Both the position numbers and the translations under genes were made by a program. This document shows positions 19,556 through 28,516 of a stretch of DNA of 32,000 nt, piece by piece (position 1 is the stretch's first letter; each line of letters starts with the position of its first letter). This DNA comes from Paracoccus suum (GTDB lineage: Bacteria > Pseudomonadota > Alphaproteobacteria > Rhodobacterales > Rhodobacteraceae): positions 1,230,001 through 1,262,000 of the forward strand of contig NZ_CP030918.1 in the NCBI RefSeq assembly GCF_003324675.1, written 5' to 3'. The notes beneath the pieces were generated by a model. The model did no database searches and was not told the DNA's origin. It worked only from the letters and a program-made list of their open reading frames with translations.

Positions 19556-20973
19556 GCCTCGGTCTCCATCAGGGACTTGATGCGCAGGGCGGCGATGCGG
19601 GCGACCTGGCGCTCGGCCTCGTCCCGCTCGGTCGCGGTGTCGTTCTGCACCCGGCGCTCGAAAGCGCGCAGGATGCCAGGCTTGTCGTGATCGCGCACGG
19701 CGATGATGAAGGGAAATCCGTGCTTGGCGATATAGGCGTGGTTCAACTCGGTGAACCGCGTGCGCTCGTCATCGGTCAGGGCGTCGAGGCCGGCCGAGGC
19801 TTGCTCGGACGTGCTGTCGGGGGTCAGGCGGCGGGCCGCGGCGAGTTTTCCGGCCAGATCGGGGTGCGCGTTCAGGACCGCCAGACGCTCTGCGTCGGAA
19901 GCTGCGCGGAAATGTTGCGCCATGCCCGCGGCCAGCCCCTCGGCGCTGTCGTGAACCGCGCCCATCTCGGTGTCGAACAGGCGTTCGGCAACCCAGGGCG
20001 AATGCTCGAACACGCCGCCGAACCGCTGCAGGAAGCTGTCCCGGTCCATCTGCGAGGGGCGGGTCCGCGCAACATAAGGGTGAACCGCCGCCCAGTGACG
20101 CGCGATGTCGAGGCGGGTCGCGAACCAGACCCCTTCGTGGCTGCGCGCGTGATCGAGGAACCGCTGGATCGCCATCGCCCGGCCGGGTCGGCCGGCGAGG
20201 CGGCAGTGCAGGCCGATCGACATCATCTTCGGCGCACCCGCCGCGCCCTCGGCATAGAGCACGTCAAAGCCGTCGCGCAGGTAGTCAAAAAACTCGACCC
20301 CCGTGCCAAAGCCCTGGCCGCTGGAAAAGCGCATGTCGTTGGCGTCCATCGTATAGGGCACCATCAATTGCGGCTTGCCCTGATGAACATGCCAATAGGG
20401 CAGGTCGTCGGCGATGCTGTCAGCGAGATAGGCAAAGCCGCCTTCCTCGCACCCCAGCGGCACCGTGTTCATCGAGGTGCGGCCTTGGTAGAAACCATAG
20501 GGCCGCTCGCCGGTAACGGCGGTGTGCAGGCGGATCGCCTCGGCGATATCGCGGGCCTCGTCCTCGCGCGGGACGTTGCGGTAATCGATCCACTTCAGGC
20601 CGTGGGTCGCGATTTCCCAGCCGGCGGCCTGCATCGCCGCGACCTGCTCGGGCGCGCGGGCAAGGGCAGTCGCGACGCCATAGACCGTCACCGGCACATC
20701 CTGCAGCATCCGGTGCAGGCGCCAGAAGCCGGCGCGGGCGCCGTAATCGTAGATCGATTCCATGTTCCAGTGCCGCTGCCCAACCCAGGGCTGGGCGCCG
20801 ATGATCTCGGACAGGAATGCCTCGGAGGCGGCATCGCCATGCTCGATGCTGTTCTCGCCGCCCTCCTCGTAGTTCACGACGATCTGGACCGCGATCCGCG
20901 CACCGCCCGGCCATTTCGGATCCGGGGTGTGCCGACCATACCCCCGCATGTCACGGCTATAGCGCATCTGCAT
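19552..20973 (-). CDS. puuE: Bifunctional allantoinase PuuE (polysaccharide-deacetylase type) / OHCU decarboxylase UraD fusion
   Basis: The N-terminal ~300 aa (RDMRGYGRHTPDPKWPGGARIAVQIVVNYEEGGE) is PuuE-like. The C-terminal ~165 aa (FGGVFEHSPWVAE...AHPDLAGK...GFPFIIAV) is OHCU-decarboxylase-like. The start is ATG 20973 or 20967. Confidence 0.85.
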   Translation of the reverse strand: MQMRYSRDMRGYGRHTPDPKWPGGARIAVQIVVNYEEGGENSIEHGDAASEAFLSEIIGAQPWVGQRHWNMESIYDYGARAGFWRLHRMLQDVPVTVYGVATALARAPEQVAAMQAAGWEIATHGLKWIDYRNVPREDEARDIAEAIRLHTAVTGERPYGFYQGRTSMNTVPLGCEEGGFAYLADSIADDLPYWHVHQGKPQLMVPYTMDANDMRFSSGQGFGTGVEFFDYLRDGFDVLYAEGAAGAPKMMSIGLHCRLAGRPGRAMAIQRFLDHARSHEGVWFATRLDIARHWAAVHPYVARTRPSQMDRDSFLQRFGGVFEHSPWVAERLFDTEMGAVHDSAEGLAAGMAQHFRAASDAERLAVLNAHPDLAGKLAAARRLTPDSTSEQASAGLDALTDDERTRFTELNHAYIAKHGFPFIIAVRDHDKPGILRAFERRVQNDTATERDEAERQVARIAALRIKSLMETEA

Positions 20974-21093
20974 CCCCCGGCTGTGATTGCCGGTAAATCG
21001 CAGGTGGGCGCGCAAAGGCCAATGCCGAAAGACTGAAAGCTGTGTTCACCAACTCGGCCCAACGGGCGGGCGGTTGGCCGCTGCGGGGCCGGA

Positions 21094-21594
21094 TCAGTAA
21101 ATGTAGCGGATCTGATCGCCCCAGAAACGCTCGATCCGGCGCCACTGGCGATTCACCCCCTCCAGCGGCGGATCGTCGAGCGTGCCCGACATCGCAAGGC
21201 CGTCGGCATGGCGCGCGAACAGGGCCGCCACGGTGCGGCGGATCGCGATGCCTTGGGGCGTCAGGCGGATCCTCACCGCGCGGCGGTCGATATCCGAGCG
21301 TTCGTGATGGACATAGCCCATCATCACCAGCTTCTTCAGGTTATAGCTGACGTTGCTGCCCTGATACATGCCGCGCGAGCGCAACTCGCCCGCCGAAACC
21401 TCCGAGCCCCCGAGGTTGTAGAGCAGCATGGCCTGAACCGGGTTCAGATCGATCCCGAGCCGCTCGAACTCGTCCTTCACCAGGTCCAGCAGCAGCCGGT
21501 GCAACCGCTCGAGCAGGTGGATGCTTTCGAAATAGCGGGCGCGCGGGTCCTCACCCTCGTTGCGGGCAGGCAGGTTTTGAACTTGTGAAAGCAT
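21094..21594 (-). CDS. MarR-family winged-helix transcriptional regulator
   Basis: Helix-turn-helix and wing region SAGELRSRGMYQGSNVSYNLKKLVMMGYVHHERSDIDRRAVRIRLTPQG (MarR D-x-R-R wing). I chose ATG 21594 over the TTG at 21621. Confidence 0.75.
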   Translation of the reverse strand: MLSQVQNLPARNEGEDPRARYFESIHLLERLHRLLLDLVKDEFERLGIDLNPVQAMLLYNLGGSEVSAGELRSRGMYQGSNVSYNLKKLVMMGYVHHERSDIDRRAVRIRLTPQGIAIRRTVAALFARHADGLAMSGTLDDPPLEGVNRQWRRIERFWGDQIRYIY

Positions 21595-21685
21595 CGGTCG
21601 CCCCTGTCTTGCTGAGGGCAACCTGGCAGCAATTCCCTGATGTCCGGTTAATACCGGGCAGAAATCCCGCGGATGGCTAAAATCG

Positions 21686-21967
21686 TCAGGATTTCGCCAG
21701 CCGGGCCGCTGCCGCCGCGGCGATGCGGTCGATCAGCGGGGCATATTCAGCCGGGGCGGGGCTGCCGGTTCCCCCACCGCTGGCAGCGATGACCCAAGCA
21801 TAGAGATCCTGGTCATTCTCCTCCAGCAAGGCGGCATAGGCATCGCGCTCGCGGGGCGGCATTGCCGGCAGCTCGGCCTCGGCAAAGGGGCCCAGCAGCA
21901 GGTCCATCTCGCGCATTCCCCGCCGCCAGCTGCGCATCGTCAGCATCTTCACAGCCGTGTCGGTCAT
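21686..21967 (-). CDS. sdhE: Succinate dehydrogenase flavinylation/assembly factor SdhE (DUF339/SDHAF2)
   Basis: Signature R-G-x-x-E-x-D motif (WRRGMREMDLLLGPF) and ...DQDLYAWV. ATG 21967 was chosen as the start. Confidence 0.8.
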   Translation of the reverse strand: MTDTAVKMLTMRSWRRGMREMDLLLGPFAEAELPAMPPRERDAYAALLEENDQDLYAWVIAASGGGTGSPAPAEYAPLIDRIAAAAAARLAKS

Positions 21968-22024
21968 CGCCCTGGTCCCCATTGCCTGAAACGGCGCGCG
22001 ATCCTATGACGGCGACGCCCCTGA

Positions 22025-23257
<1,233 letters not shown>

Positions 23258-23309
23258 CCGGAACCCCGGCGGCGAGGGGGCGTTTGGCGTGGTAACATCG
23301 GAGGACACC

Positions 23310-23693
23310 ATGCTTGCCCATAACGCTCTCGTCGTGGTCGCGGACGGTCATCAGGCGATCCTGTTCCGCAACACGGCCAAGAACAGCATCGAATTGAACG
23401 AGGTCGAGCGCGTCTCGCCCAGCAACCTGCAGGACGAGAGTCAGGGCAAGCAGCCGCAGGAGACGACGCCCAAGGACGAGGACGAGGCGACCTTTGCCAA
23501 GCAACTGACCGAGCGGCTGAACCGCATGGTGCTGCAGAACAAGGTCGATGAACTGGCCATCATCGCCGACCCCAGCACGCTTGGCATGATGCGCAAGCAT
23601 TACCACAAGGAATTGCAGGGGAAGCTGGCGAAGGAGGTCGCAAAGACGCTGACCTCGTCCACCGGGTTGGAGATTGCCAAGGCGCTGGAGTAA
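23310..23693 (+). CDS. Host-attachment-protein-family small protein
   Basis: The ATG is preceded by ggagga. The N-terminus LVVVADGHQAILFRN and the C-terminal ...IIADPSTLGMMRKHYHKELQGKL resemble the 'host attachment protein' family. The assignment is from memory only. Confidence 0.6.
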   Translation: MLAHNALVVVADGHQAILFRNTAKNSIELNEVERVSPSNLQDESQGKQPQETTPKDEDEATFAKQLTERLNRMVLQNKVDELAIIADPSTLGMMRKHYHKELQGKLAKEVAKTLTSSTGLEIAKALE

Positions 23694-23710
23694 CAGCGCG
23701 GCAGGATTGG

Positions 23711-23750
23711 CGAGCCCCGGTGCATCCGCCCGGGGCTCGTCTTTTTTTTA
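23711..23750 (+). terminator. Rho-independent terminator
   Basis: A perfect 10-bp stem (cgagccccgg / ccggggctcg) with a 9-nt loop is followed by tcttttttttt, 18 nt after the stop of the preceding gene. Confidence 0.75.
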
Positions 23751-23996
23751 TCACCAGTAGGCGCCACGTGCCCGCAGATCGAACGTGCGGGCATCGGCTT
23801 GCGGGGCGGCGTAGGGGCTGACAAAGCCGATGTCGGCCTGCAGATGCGGGGGTAGGGCCGCCATCTGGCGAACCGCCCGGCGCAGCTTGGCCTCGGCAAT
23901 ATAAGCCGAGATGCGCTGGCGAATGCCGCTGGCGGGGCGCGGGACGTCCCGTGTGACGGGGGTGGCGGGCGCGAAAGCGTGGGTCGCGAAGGACAT
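23751..23996 (-). CDS. Small (81 aa) hypothetical protein, DUF1127-like C-terminal half
   Basis: A strong AGGAGG lies 5-10 nt upstream of ATG 23996, and GC3 is high throughout. The segment LRRAVRQMAALPPHLQADIGF resembles the DUF1127 motif (L..L.D..L.DIG). The family call is tentative. Confidence 0.55.
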   Translation of the reverse strand: MSFATHAFAPATPVTRDVPRPASGIRQRISAYIAEAKLRRAVRQMAALPPHLQADIGFVSPYAAPQADARTFDLRARGAYW

Positions 23997-24093
23997 TGCA
24001 GCCTCCTGAATGATTGGTCTGCGTGCCTTGAATATGCTATCGTTGGGACCGCCCGACCAATTCGACCTTCGCAACAACCCATAAGTGTGGCTA

Positions 24094-24972
24094 ATGTCAC
24101 TGCCGCCCCTCCCAGCCTTGCGCGTGTTCGAGGCCGCGGCCCGTCACCTCAGCTTTACGGCGGCGGCGGCCGAACTGGGGATCACCCAGGCGGCCGTCAG
24201 CCACCAGATCAAGCTGCTGGAGGGGATTCTGGGGGCACCGCTGTTCCTGCGCCAGCCGCGCGGCATTGCGCTGACGGTCCTGGGCGCGCGTCTGGCGCGC
24301 CCGACCACGCTGGCCTTTGACCAGTTGCGCGACGCCTTTGCCGAAGAGGCGCGGCTGGCGCGAACCCTGACCATTTCGACCTTCTCGTCGGTTGCGGCCA
24401 ACTGGCTGGCCCAGCGGATCGGACGCTTCCAGATGGCCCATCCCGACCTCGCGGTGCGGCTGGACACCTCGGACCAAGTGGTCGATTTCGCCCGGTCCGA
24501 GGTCGACGTCGCCATCCGCCACGGCAGCGGCGCGTGGCCAGGGCTGGTCGCGGTCAAGCTGTTCGAGATGGTCTATTCACCCATGCTCTCGCCCCAACGG
24601 CTGGCCGACTGGGGGCCGTTGGAGCGGCCCGAGCAGATCATTCCTCTGCCATGGCTCGATAACATGGACCCGGCCTGGCATGCATGGCTGACCCAGGCCG
24701 GTGTCGATCGCGGGGTATGCGACACGCCCCCGCGCCCCTCGCTCGGCAGTCAGGTCCACGAGGCGCGGGCGGCCATGGCAGGCGAAGGTGTGGCCTTGCT
24801 CAGCCCCCGCTTCTTCCGGTTCGAGCTGGCAACGGGGCTCCTGGTCCAGCCGTTCGAGCAGGTCTTTGGCCTCGGCACCGATTGCTGGCTGGTCTATCCC
24901 GAGGCACGCCGCAACCGGCCCGCGATCCGACAGCTACGCCAGTTCCTGTTGGCTGAGGCGGCGGCGGGTTGA
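24094..24972 (+). CDS. LysR-family transcriptional regulator (GcvA-like)
   Basis: Helix-turn-helix LPALRVFEAAARHLSFTAAAAELGITQAAVSHQIKLLE and a LysR substrate-binding domain. The start is ATG 24094, or GTG 24085. Confidence 0.9.
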   Translation: MSLPPLPALRVFEAAARHLSFTAAAAELGITQAAVSHQIKLLEGILGAPLFLRQPRGIALTVLGARLARPTTLAFDQLRDAFAEEARLARTLTISTFSSVAANWLAQRIGRFQMAHPDLAVRLDTSDQVVDFARSEVDVAIRHGSGAWPGLVAVKLFEMVYSPMLSPQRLADWGPLERPEQIIPLPWLDNMDPAWHAWLTQAGVDRGVCDTPPRPSLGSQVHEARAAMAGEGVALLSPRFFRFELATGLLVQPFEQVFGLGTDCWLVYPEARRNRPAIRQLRQFLLAEAAAG

Positions 24973-25050
24973 ATCGCCCCGCCGCCAGTCACAGCGTCGC
25001 TCGGTTGTTCATGCTGCGCGCGGCAGGCAAAACTGGGACCGGCGTCAGGG

Positions 25051-25833
25051 TCACAGCGCAGTCCAGCCACCATCCACGCTGATCGTCGTCCCGGTCACCT
25101 GATCGGCGGCGGGCGAGCACAGGAATACTGCCGTCCCGCCGATCTGCTCGGCGGTGACGAACTGCCCGGAAGGCTGGCGCGCCAGCATCACCTTGGCGAT
25201 CACATCCTCGCGGCTCATGTTGTGGGTCTTCATCTGGTCGGGGATCTGTCCCTCGACGATCGGGGTCAGCACGTAGCCGGGGCAGATCGCGTTACACGTG
25301 ACGCCGCTTCCCGCAGCTTCGAGCGCAGTGACCTTGCTGAGGCCGACAATGCCGTGCTTGGCCGCGACATAGGCCGACTTGAACGGGCTTGCCGTGAGGC
25401 CATGGGCGGAGGCGACGTTGATGATCCGCCCCCAGCCGCCGGCGCGCATCGCGGGCAGGGCTGCAGCCGTCGTGTGGAAAGCACTGGTGAGGTTGATGGC
25501 GATGATAGCGTCCCAGCGCTCGACAGGGAAATCCTCGAGGGGCGAGACGAACTGGATGCCCGCGTTGTTGACCAGGATGTCGCACCCTTCAGCCTCGGCG
25601 ATCAGGCGGCGGCAATCCTCGCCCCGGCTCATGTCGGCGGGGATGTAGCGCACCGCGACGCCGAACTCGGCCGCCAGATCGCGCGCCAGTTCGTGATCCT
25701 CGGGCCGGTCGGTAAAGCTGTTGATGACGACGTCCGCGCCGGCTGCGGCAAATGCGCGCGCAATCCCAAGGCCGATGCCAGAGTTGGATCCCGTGACGAC
25801 CGCGCGCCGCCCCTCAAGTGTTTTGTCCGCCAT
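25051..25833 (-). CDS. bdhA: 3-hydroxybutyrate dehydrogenase (classical SDR)
   Basis: Rossmann motif TGSNSGIG, NNAG, catalytic S...YVAAKHG, and the BdhA-typical C-terminus ...TTISVDGGWTAL. I chose ATG 25833 because the extended ORF start lies inside a terminator hairpin. Confidence 0.88.
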   Translation of the reverse strand: MADKTLEGRRAVVTGSNSGIGLGIARAFAAAGADVVINSFTDRPEDHELARDLAAEFGVAVRYIPADMSRGEDCRRLIAEAEGCDILVNNAGIQFVSPLEDFPVERWDAIIAINLTSAFHTTAAALPAMRAGGWGRIINVASAHGLTASPFKSAYVAAKHGIVGLSKVTALEAAGSGVTCNAICPGYVLTPIVEGQIPDQMKTHNMSREDVIAKVMLARQPSGQFVTAEQIGGTAVFLCSPAADQVTGTTISVDGGWTAL

Positions 25834-25900
25834 GATGGCCCCCCTGCTGCGGGGCCACCATACCCGACCCGGCGGCGGGCGCGAGGGGCTGCGCAGGCAG

Positions 25901-25927
25901 AAAAAAAACGCCCGCACGAAGCGGGCG
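25901..25927 (-). terminator. Canonical intrinsic terminator on the minus strand, 68 nt upstream of the bdhA ATG (orphan terminator or attenuator)
   Basis: The minus strand reads cgcccgc-ttcgt-gcgggcg followed by T8: a 7-bp GC stem, a 5-nt loop and a U8 tail. No minus-strand gene ends upstream of it. Confidence 0.55.
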
Positions 25928-26093
25928 CCAAGTCATGAGGCAGGTTTCATACAGGCAAGAAACCTATCGAGCAGTGCATTCTTATTACGCTTTTCCGCTG
26001 GTTGATCCAAGGCAAAATTGCGAAATGCGCCCGGCGGCGATAGGGTCCGGCGCAAGGCGCGGCGGCAGACCGCGGCAACGCGGCGGGCGCAGG

Positions 26094-27971
26094 ATGCGAA
26101 TCTTCAAATTCTCTAACGATTGCGCGAGCAGGGGCAGGGGGACCGTCCTCGGCCTCGTGCTGGCGGGTGTTGCCGCGATGCCGCTGGCAAGCCGGGCTGA
26201 AGGCGTCCCGGCGCCGACCGAAGGGCTGGCGATGTATGGTGAGCCGGCCCTGAAACCGGGCTTTCAGAGCCTGCCTTACGTGAACCCGGACGCGCCCAAG
26301 GGCGGAACGATTCGCCTCGGCGAGCCGGGCTCGTTCGATTCGCTCAAACCTTGGGTGTTGAAGGGAAATCCGGTCCAGCCCCTCAGCTTTCAGCCAAACC
26401 TCGTGGTCGAGACGCTGATGATGCGCTCGCTGGACGAAGCGTTCACCCTCTACTGCCTGCTGTGCGAGAGTGTGCAGACCGACGACGCGCGCAGCTATGT
26501 CGAGTTCACGTTGCGCCCCGAGGCGCGCTTCAGCGACGGCAGCCCGGTCACGGTCGAGGATGTGATCTGGTCGCTGGAAACGCTGGGCACCAAGGGTCAT
26601 CCGCGGTATCTGGGCACCTGGGCTAGGGTGGCCAAGGTTGAAAGCCCCGGTCCGGGGCGGGTGCGGCTTACATTCACTGCGCCCGATCGCGAACTGCCGC
26701 TGCTGATGGGGATGCGGCCGATCCTGAAAAAGGCGCAGTGGCAGGGGCAGGATTTCTCGCAAAGCGGGCTGACGCCGCCCATCGGCTCGGGGCCCTATGT
26801 CGTGGGCGAGGTCGATCCCGGCCGGCGTATCACCTTTCAGCGCAATCCCGATTACTGGGCCAAGGACCTGCCGATCACGCGCGGGCTGAACAATTTCGAC
26901 ACGGTCCGCTATGATTATTTCGCCGACAGCAACGCCATGTTCGAGGCCTTCAAGGCAGGCGAGATCGACGTCTGGCGCGAACAGAACGCCGCCCGTTGGG
27001 CCCGCGATTTCAGCTTCGCCGCCGTCACCGACGGCCGCGTCATCAAGGAGGAGATCGCGCACCAGCGTCCCTCCGGAATGATCGGGCTGGTGATGAACAC
27101 CCGCAACCCGATCTTTGCCGACTGGCGGGTGCGCGAGGCGATGATCGACGCCTTCAACTTTCGCTTCATCAACAACACGCTGACCGGCGGGGAGGATGCC
27201 CGCATCACCTCGTATTTCGACAATTCGCCGCTGGCGGCGGGCGCGGGGCCGGCCACTGGCGCTGTCCTCGACCTGCTCAAGCCCTTCGCTGCCGACCTGC
27301 CGCCCGGCACGCTTGAGGGCTACGCACTGCCGGAAGGCAGCGACCGCCCCCTTGATCGGAAGGCGATCCGCGGCGGCCTGAAGCTGCTGGAGGAGGCTGG
27401 CTGGACCGTGCAGGACGGGCTGCTGAAGAACCAGGACGGCAAGCCCTTCGCGTTCGAGATCGTGCTGAACCAGACCGGCTCGGCCATGCGGTCCTCCTCG
27501 GAGGTGCAGCAGATGGTCAGCATCTATGTCGAGGCGCTGCGCAATCTGGGCATGCAGGTCCAGGTCACGACGCTGGACAGCGCCCAGTATGTCGAGCGGG
27601 TGAATAATTACCGCTTTGACATGACCTGGTATGAACGTGCCCTGTCCCTCAGCCCCGGCAACGAGCAGACGCTCTACTGGGGCAGCGAGGGCGTGACCGA
27701 GCCGGGAACGCGCAACCTGATGGGCGTTGCCTCGCCCGCGGTCGATGCGGTGATCGCCGCGCTGCTGCAGGCACGCGACGATGCCGGGTTCAAGGCGGCC
27801 GTGCAGGCGCTCGACCGGGTGCTGACTGTCGGGCGCTATGTCATCCCGGTCAGCTTTCAGCGCGCCTCGCGCATGGCGGTGAGCGCAAGTCTGGCCCATC
27901 CGAAGCGCCTGCCGGTCTATGGCGACTGGCCCGGCTGGATGCCCGACGCCTGGTGGCAAAAACCGCAGTAA
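26094..27971 (+). CDS. ABC transporter periplasmic substrate-binding protein, family 5 (YejA/peptide-type)
   Basis: Signal peptide MRIFKF...VLGLVLAGVAAMPLASRAEG. It is a large SBP_bac_5-type protein (...RFSDGSPVTVEDVIWS..., NPDYW...). ATG 26094 was chosen as the start. Confidence 0.85.
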   Translation: MRIFKFSNDCASRGRGTVLGLVLAGVAAMPLASRAEGVPAPTEGLAMYGEPALKPGFQSLPYVNPDAPKGGTIRLGEPGSFDSLKPWVLKGNPVQPLSFQPNLVVETLMMRSLDEAFTLYCLLCESVQTDDARSYVEFTLRPEARFSDGSPVTVEDVIWSLETLGTKGHPRYLGTWARVAKVESPGPGRVRLTFTAPDRELPLLMGMRPILKKAQWQGQDFSQSGLTPPIGSGPYVVGEVDPGRRITFQRNPDYWAKDLPITRGLNNFDTVRYDYFADSNAMFEAFKAGEIDVWREQNAARWARDFSFAAVTDGRVIKEEIAHQRPSGMIGLVMNTRNPIFADWRVREAMIDAFNFRFINNTLTGGEDARITSYFDNSPLAAGAGPATGAVLDLLKPFAADLPPGTLEGYALPEGSDRPLDRKAIRGGLKLLEEAGWTVQDGLLKNQDGKPFAFEIVLNQTGSAMRSSSEVQQMVSIYVEALRNLGMQVQVTTLDSAQYVERVNNYRFDMTWYERALSLSPGNEQTLYWGSEGVTEPGTRNLMGVASPAVDAVIAALLQARDDAGFKAAVQALDRVLTVGRYVIPVSFQRASRMAVSASLAHPKRLPVYGDWPGWMPDAWWQKPQ

Positions 27972-28071
27972 TTGCCCCATTGCAGCCCGAACTGCCGGAA
28001 CCCGGATGGCCGCGCGCGGTTGACGGGCTGAAGCCGGCAGCAAGCGCGCGGCATGACGAAAGGGCAGGACC

Positions 28072-28425
28072 ATGAAATGGCAGCACGTCCAGGCGAATTG
28101 GCCGGCGTTCTTTGACGCGATCACCTCGCGGTGGCCGGATGCGGACCCGGATGAGCTGGACAATATCGACGGTGATCAGCGCGCCTTCATCGCCTACATC
28201 GCCGATCTGGAAGAACTGGAGCCCTCCGAGGCGCGCGAGGAAATTCGCGAGTGGATGGAGGGCGAGATCCCGGCCGACGTCGTGATGGATCCGGTGCACG
28301 ACAACCGCTCGATCACGCTGTCGGCCAAATATGTCGGCGAGGGCGAGGACGAGTCCGATGACGATGCCCGCTTTGGGGATGACGACGAAATCCCCAATGA
28401 TGGCGACCGCACCGGGCGCGTGTAG
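28072..28425 (+). CDS. CsbD-like stress-protein domain with a strongly acidic C-terminal tail
   Basis: The N-terminal ~65 aa follow the CsbD pattern (W..v...W..f...I...W.....DELD.IDGD...FI.YIA......EAREEI.EW). The C-terminus is D/E-rich (GEGEDESDDDARFGDDDE). The assignment is by hand alignment only. Confidence 0.5.
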   Translation: MKWQHVQANWPAFFDAITSRWPDADPDELDNIDGDQRAFIAYIADLEELEPSEAREEIREWMEGEIPADVVMDPVHDNRSITLSAKYVGEGEDESDDDARFGDDDEIPNDGDRTGRV

Positions 28426-28487
28426 CGGACTGGGTGCCTGGCGCCTCCTGTTCGGAAGCAATGGTGGCGAGCAAAGGGGCAAGAGCA

Positions 28488-28516
28488 TTGACTTTTCGTC
28501 ACCTCCCGCCTAACTC
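28488..28516 (+). promoter_or_regulatory. Sigma70-like promoter candidate for the DEAD-box helicase gene
   Basis: TTGACT, a 17-nt spacer, then TAACTC. It would give a leader of roughly 190 nt before ATG 28713. Confidence 0.3.

Noticed and set aside
19525-21036. A 503-aa plus-strand ORF antisense to puuE-uraD. Comparable antisense ORFs are 13959-15521(-), 16936-18465(-), 4275-5987(+) and 22004-22849(-).
   Set aside because: All of them lie opposite genes with strong homology-type signatures and give low-complexity translations. I treat them as non-coding frames kept open by GC bias.
25947-28163. A 738-aa minus-strand ORF antisense to the YejA-like binding protein.
   Set aside because: The same GC-driven shadow-ORF pattern applies, and it has no motifs. 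The plus-strand protein has a signal peptide and SBP family-5 features.
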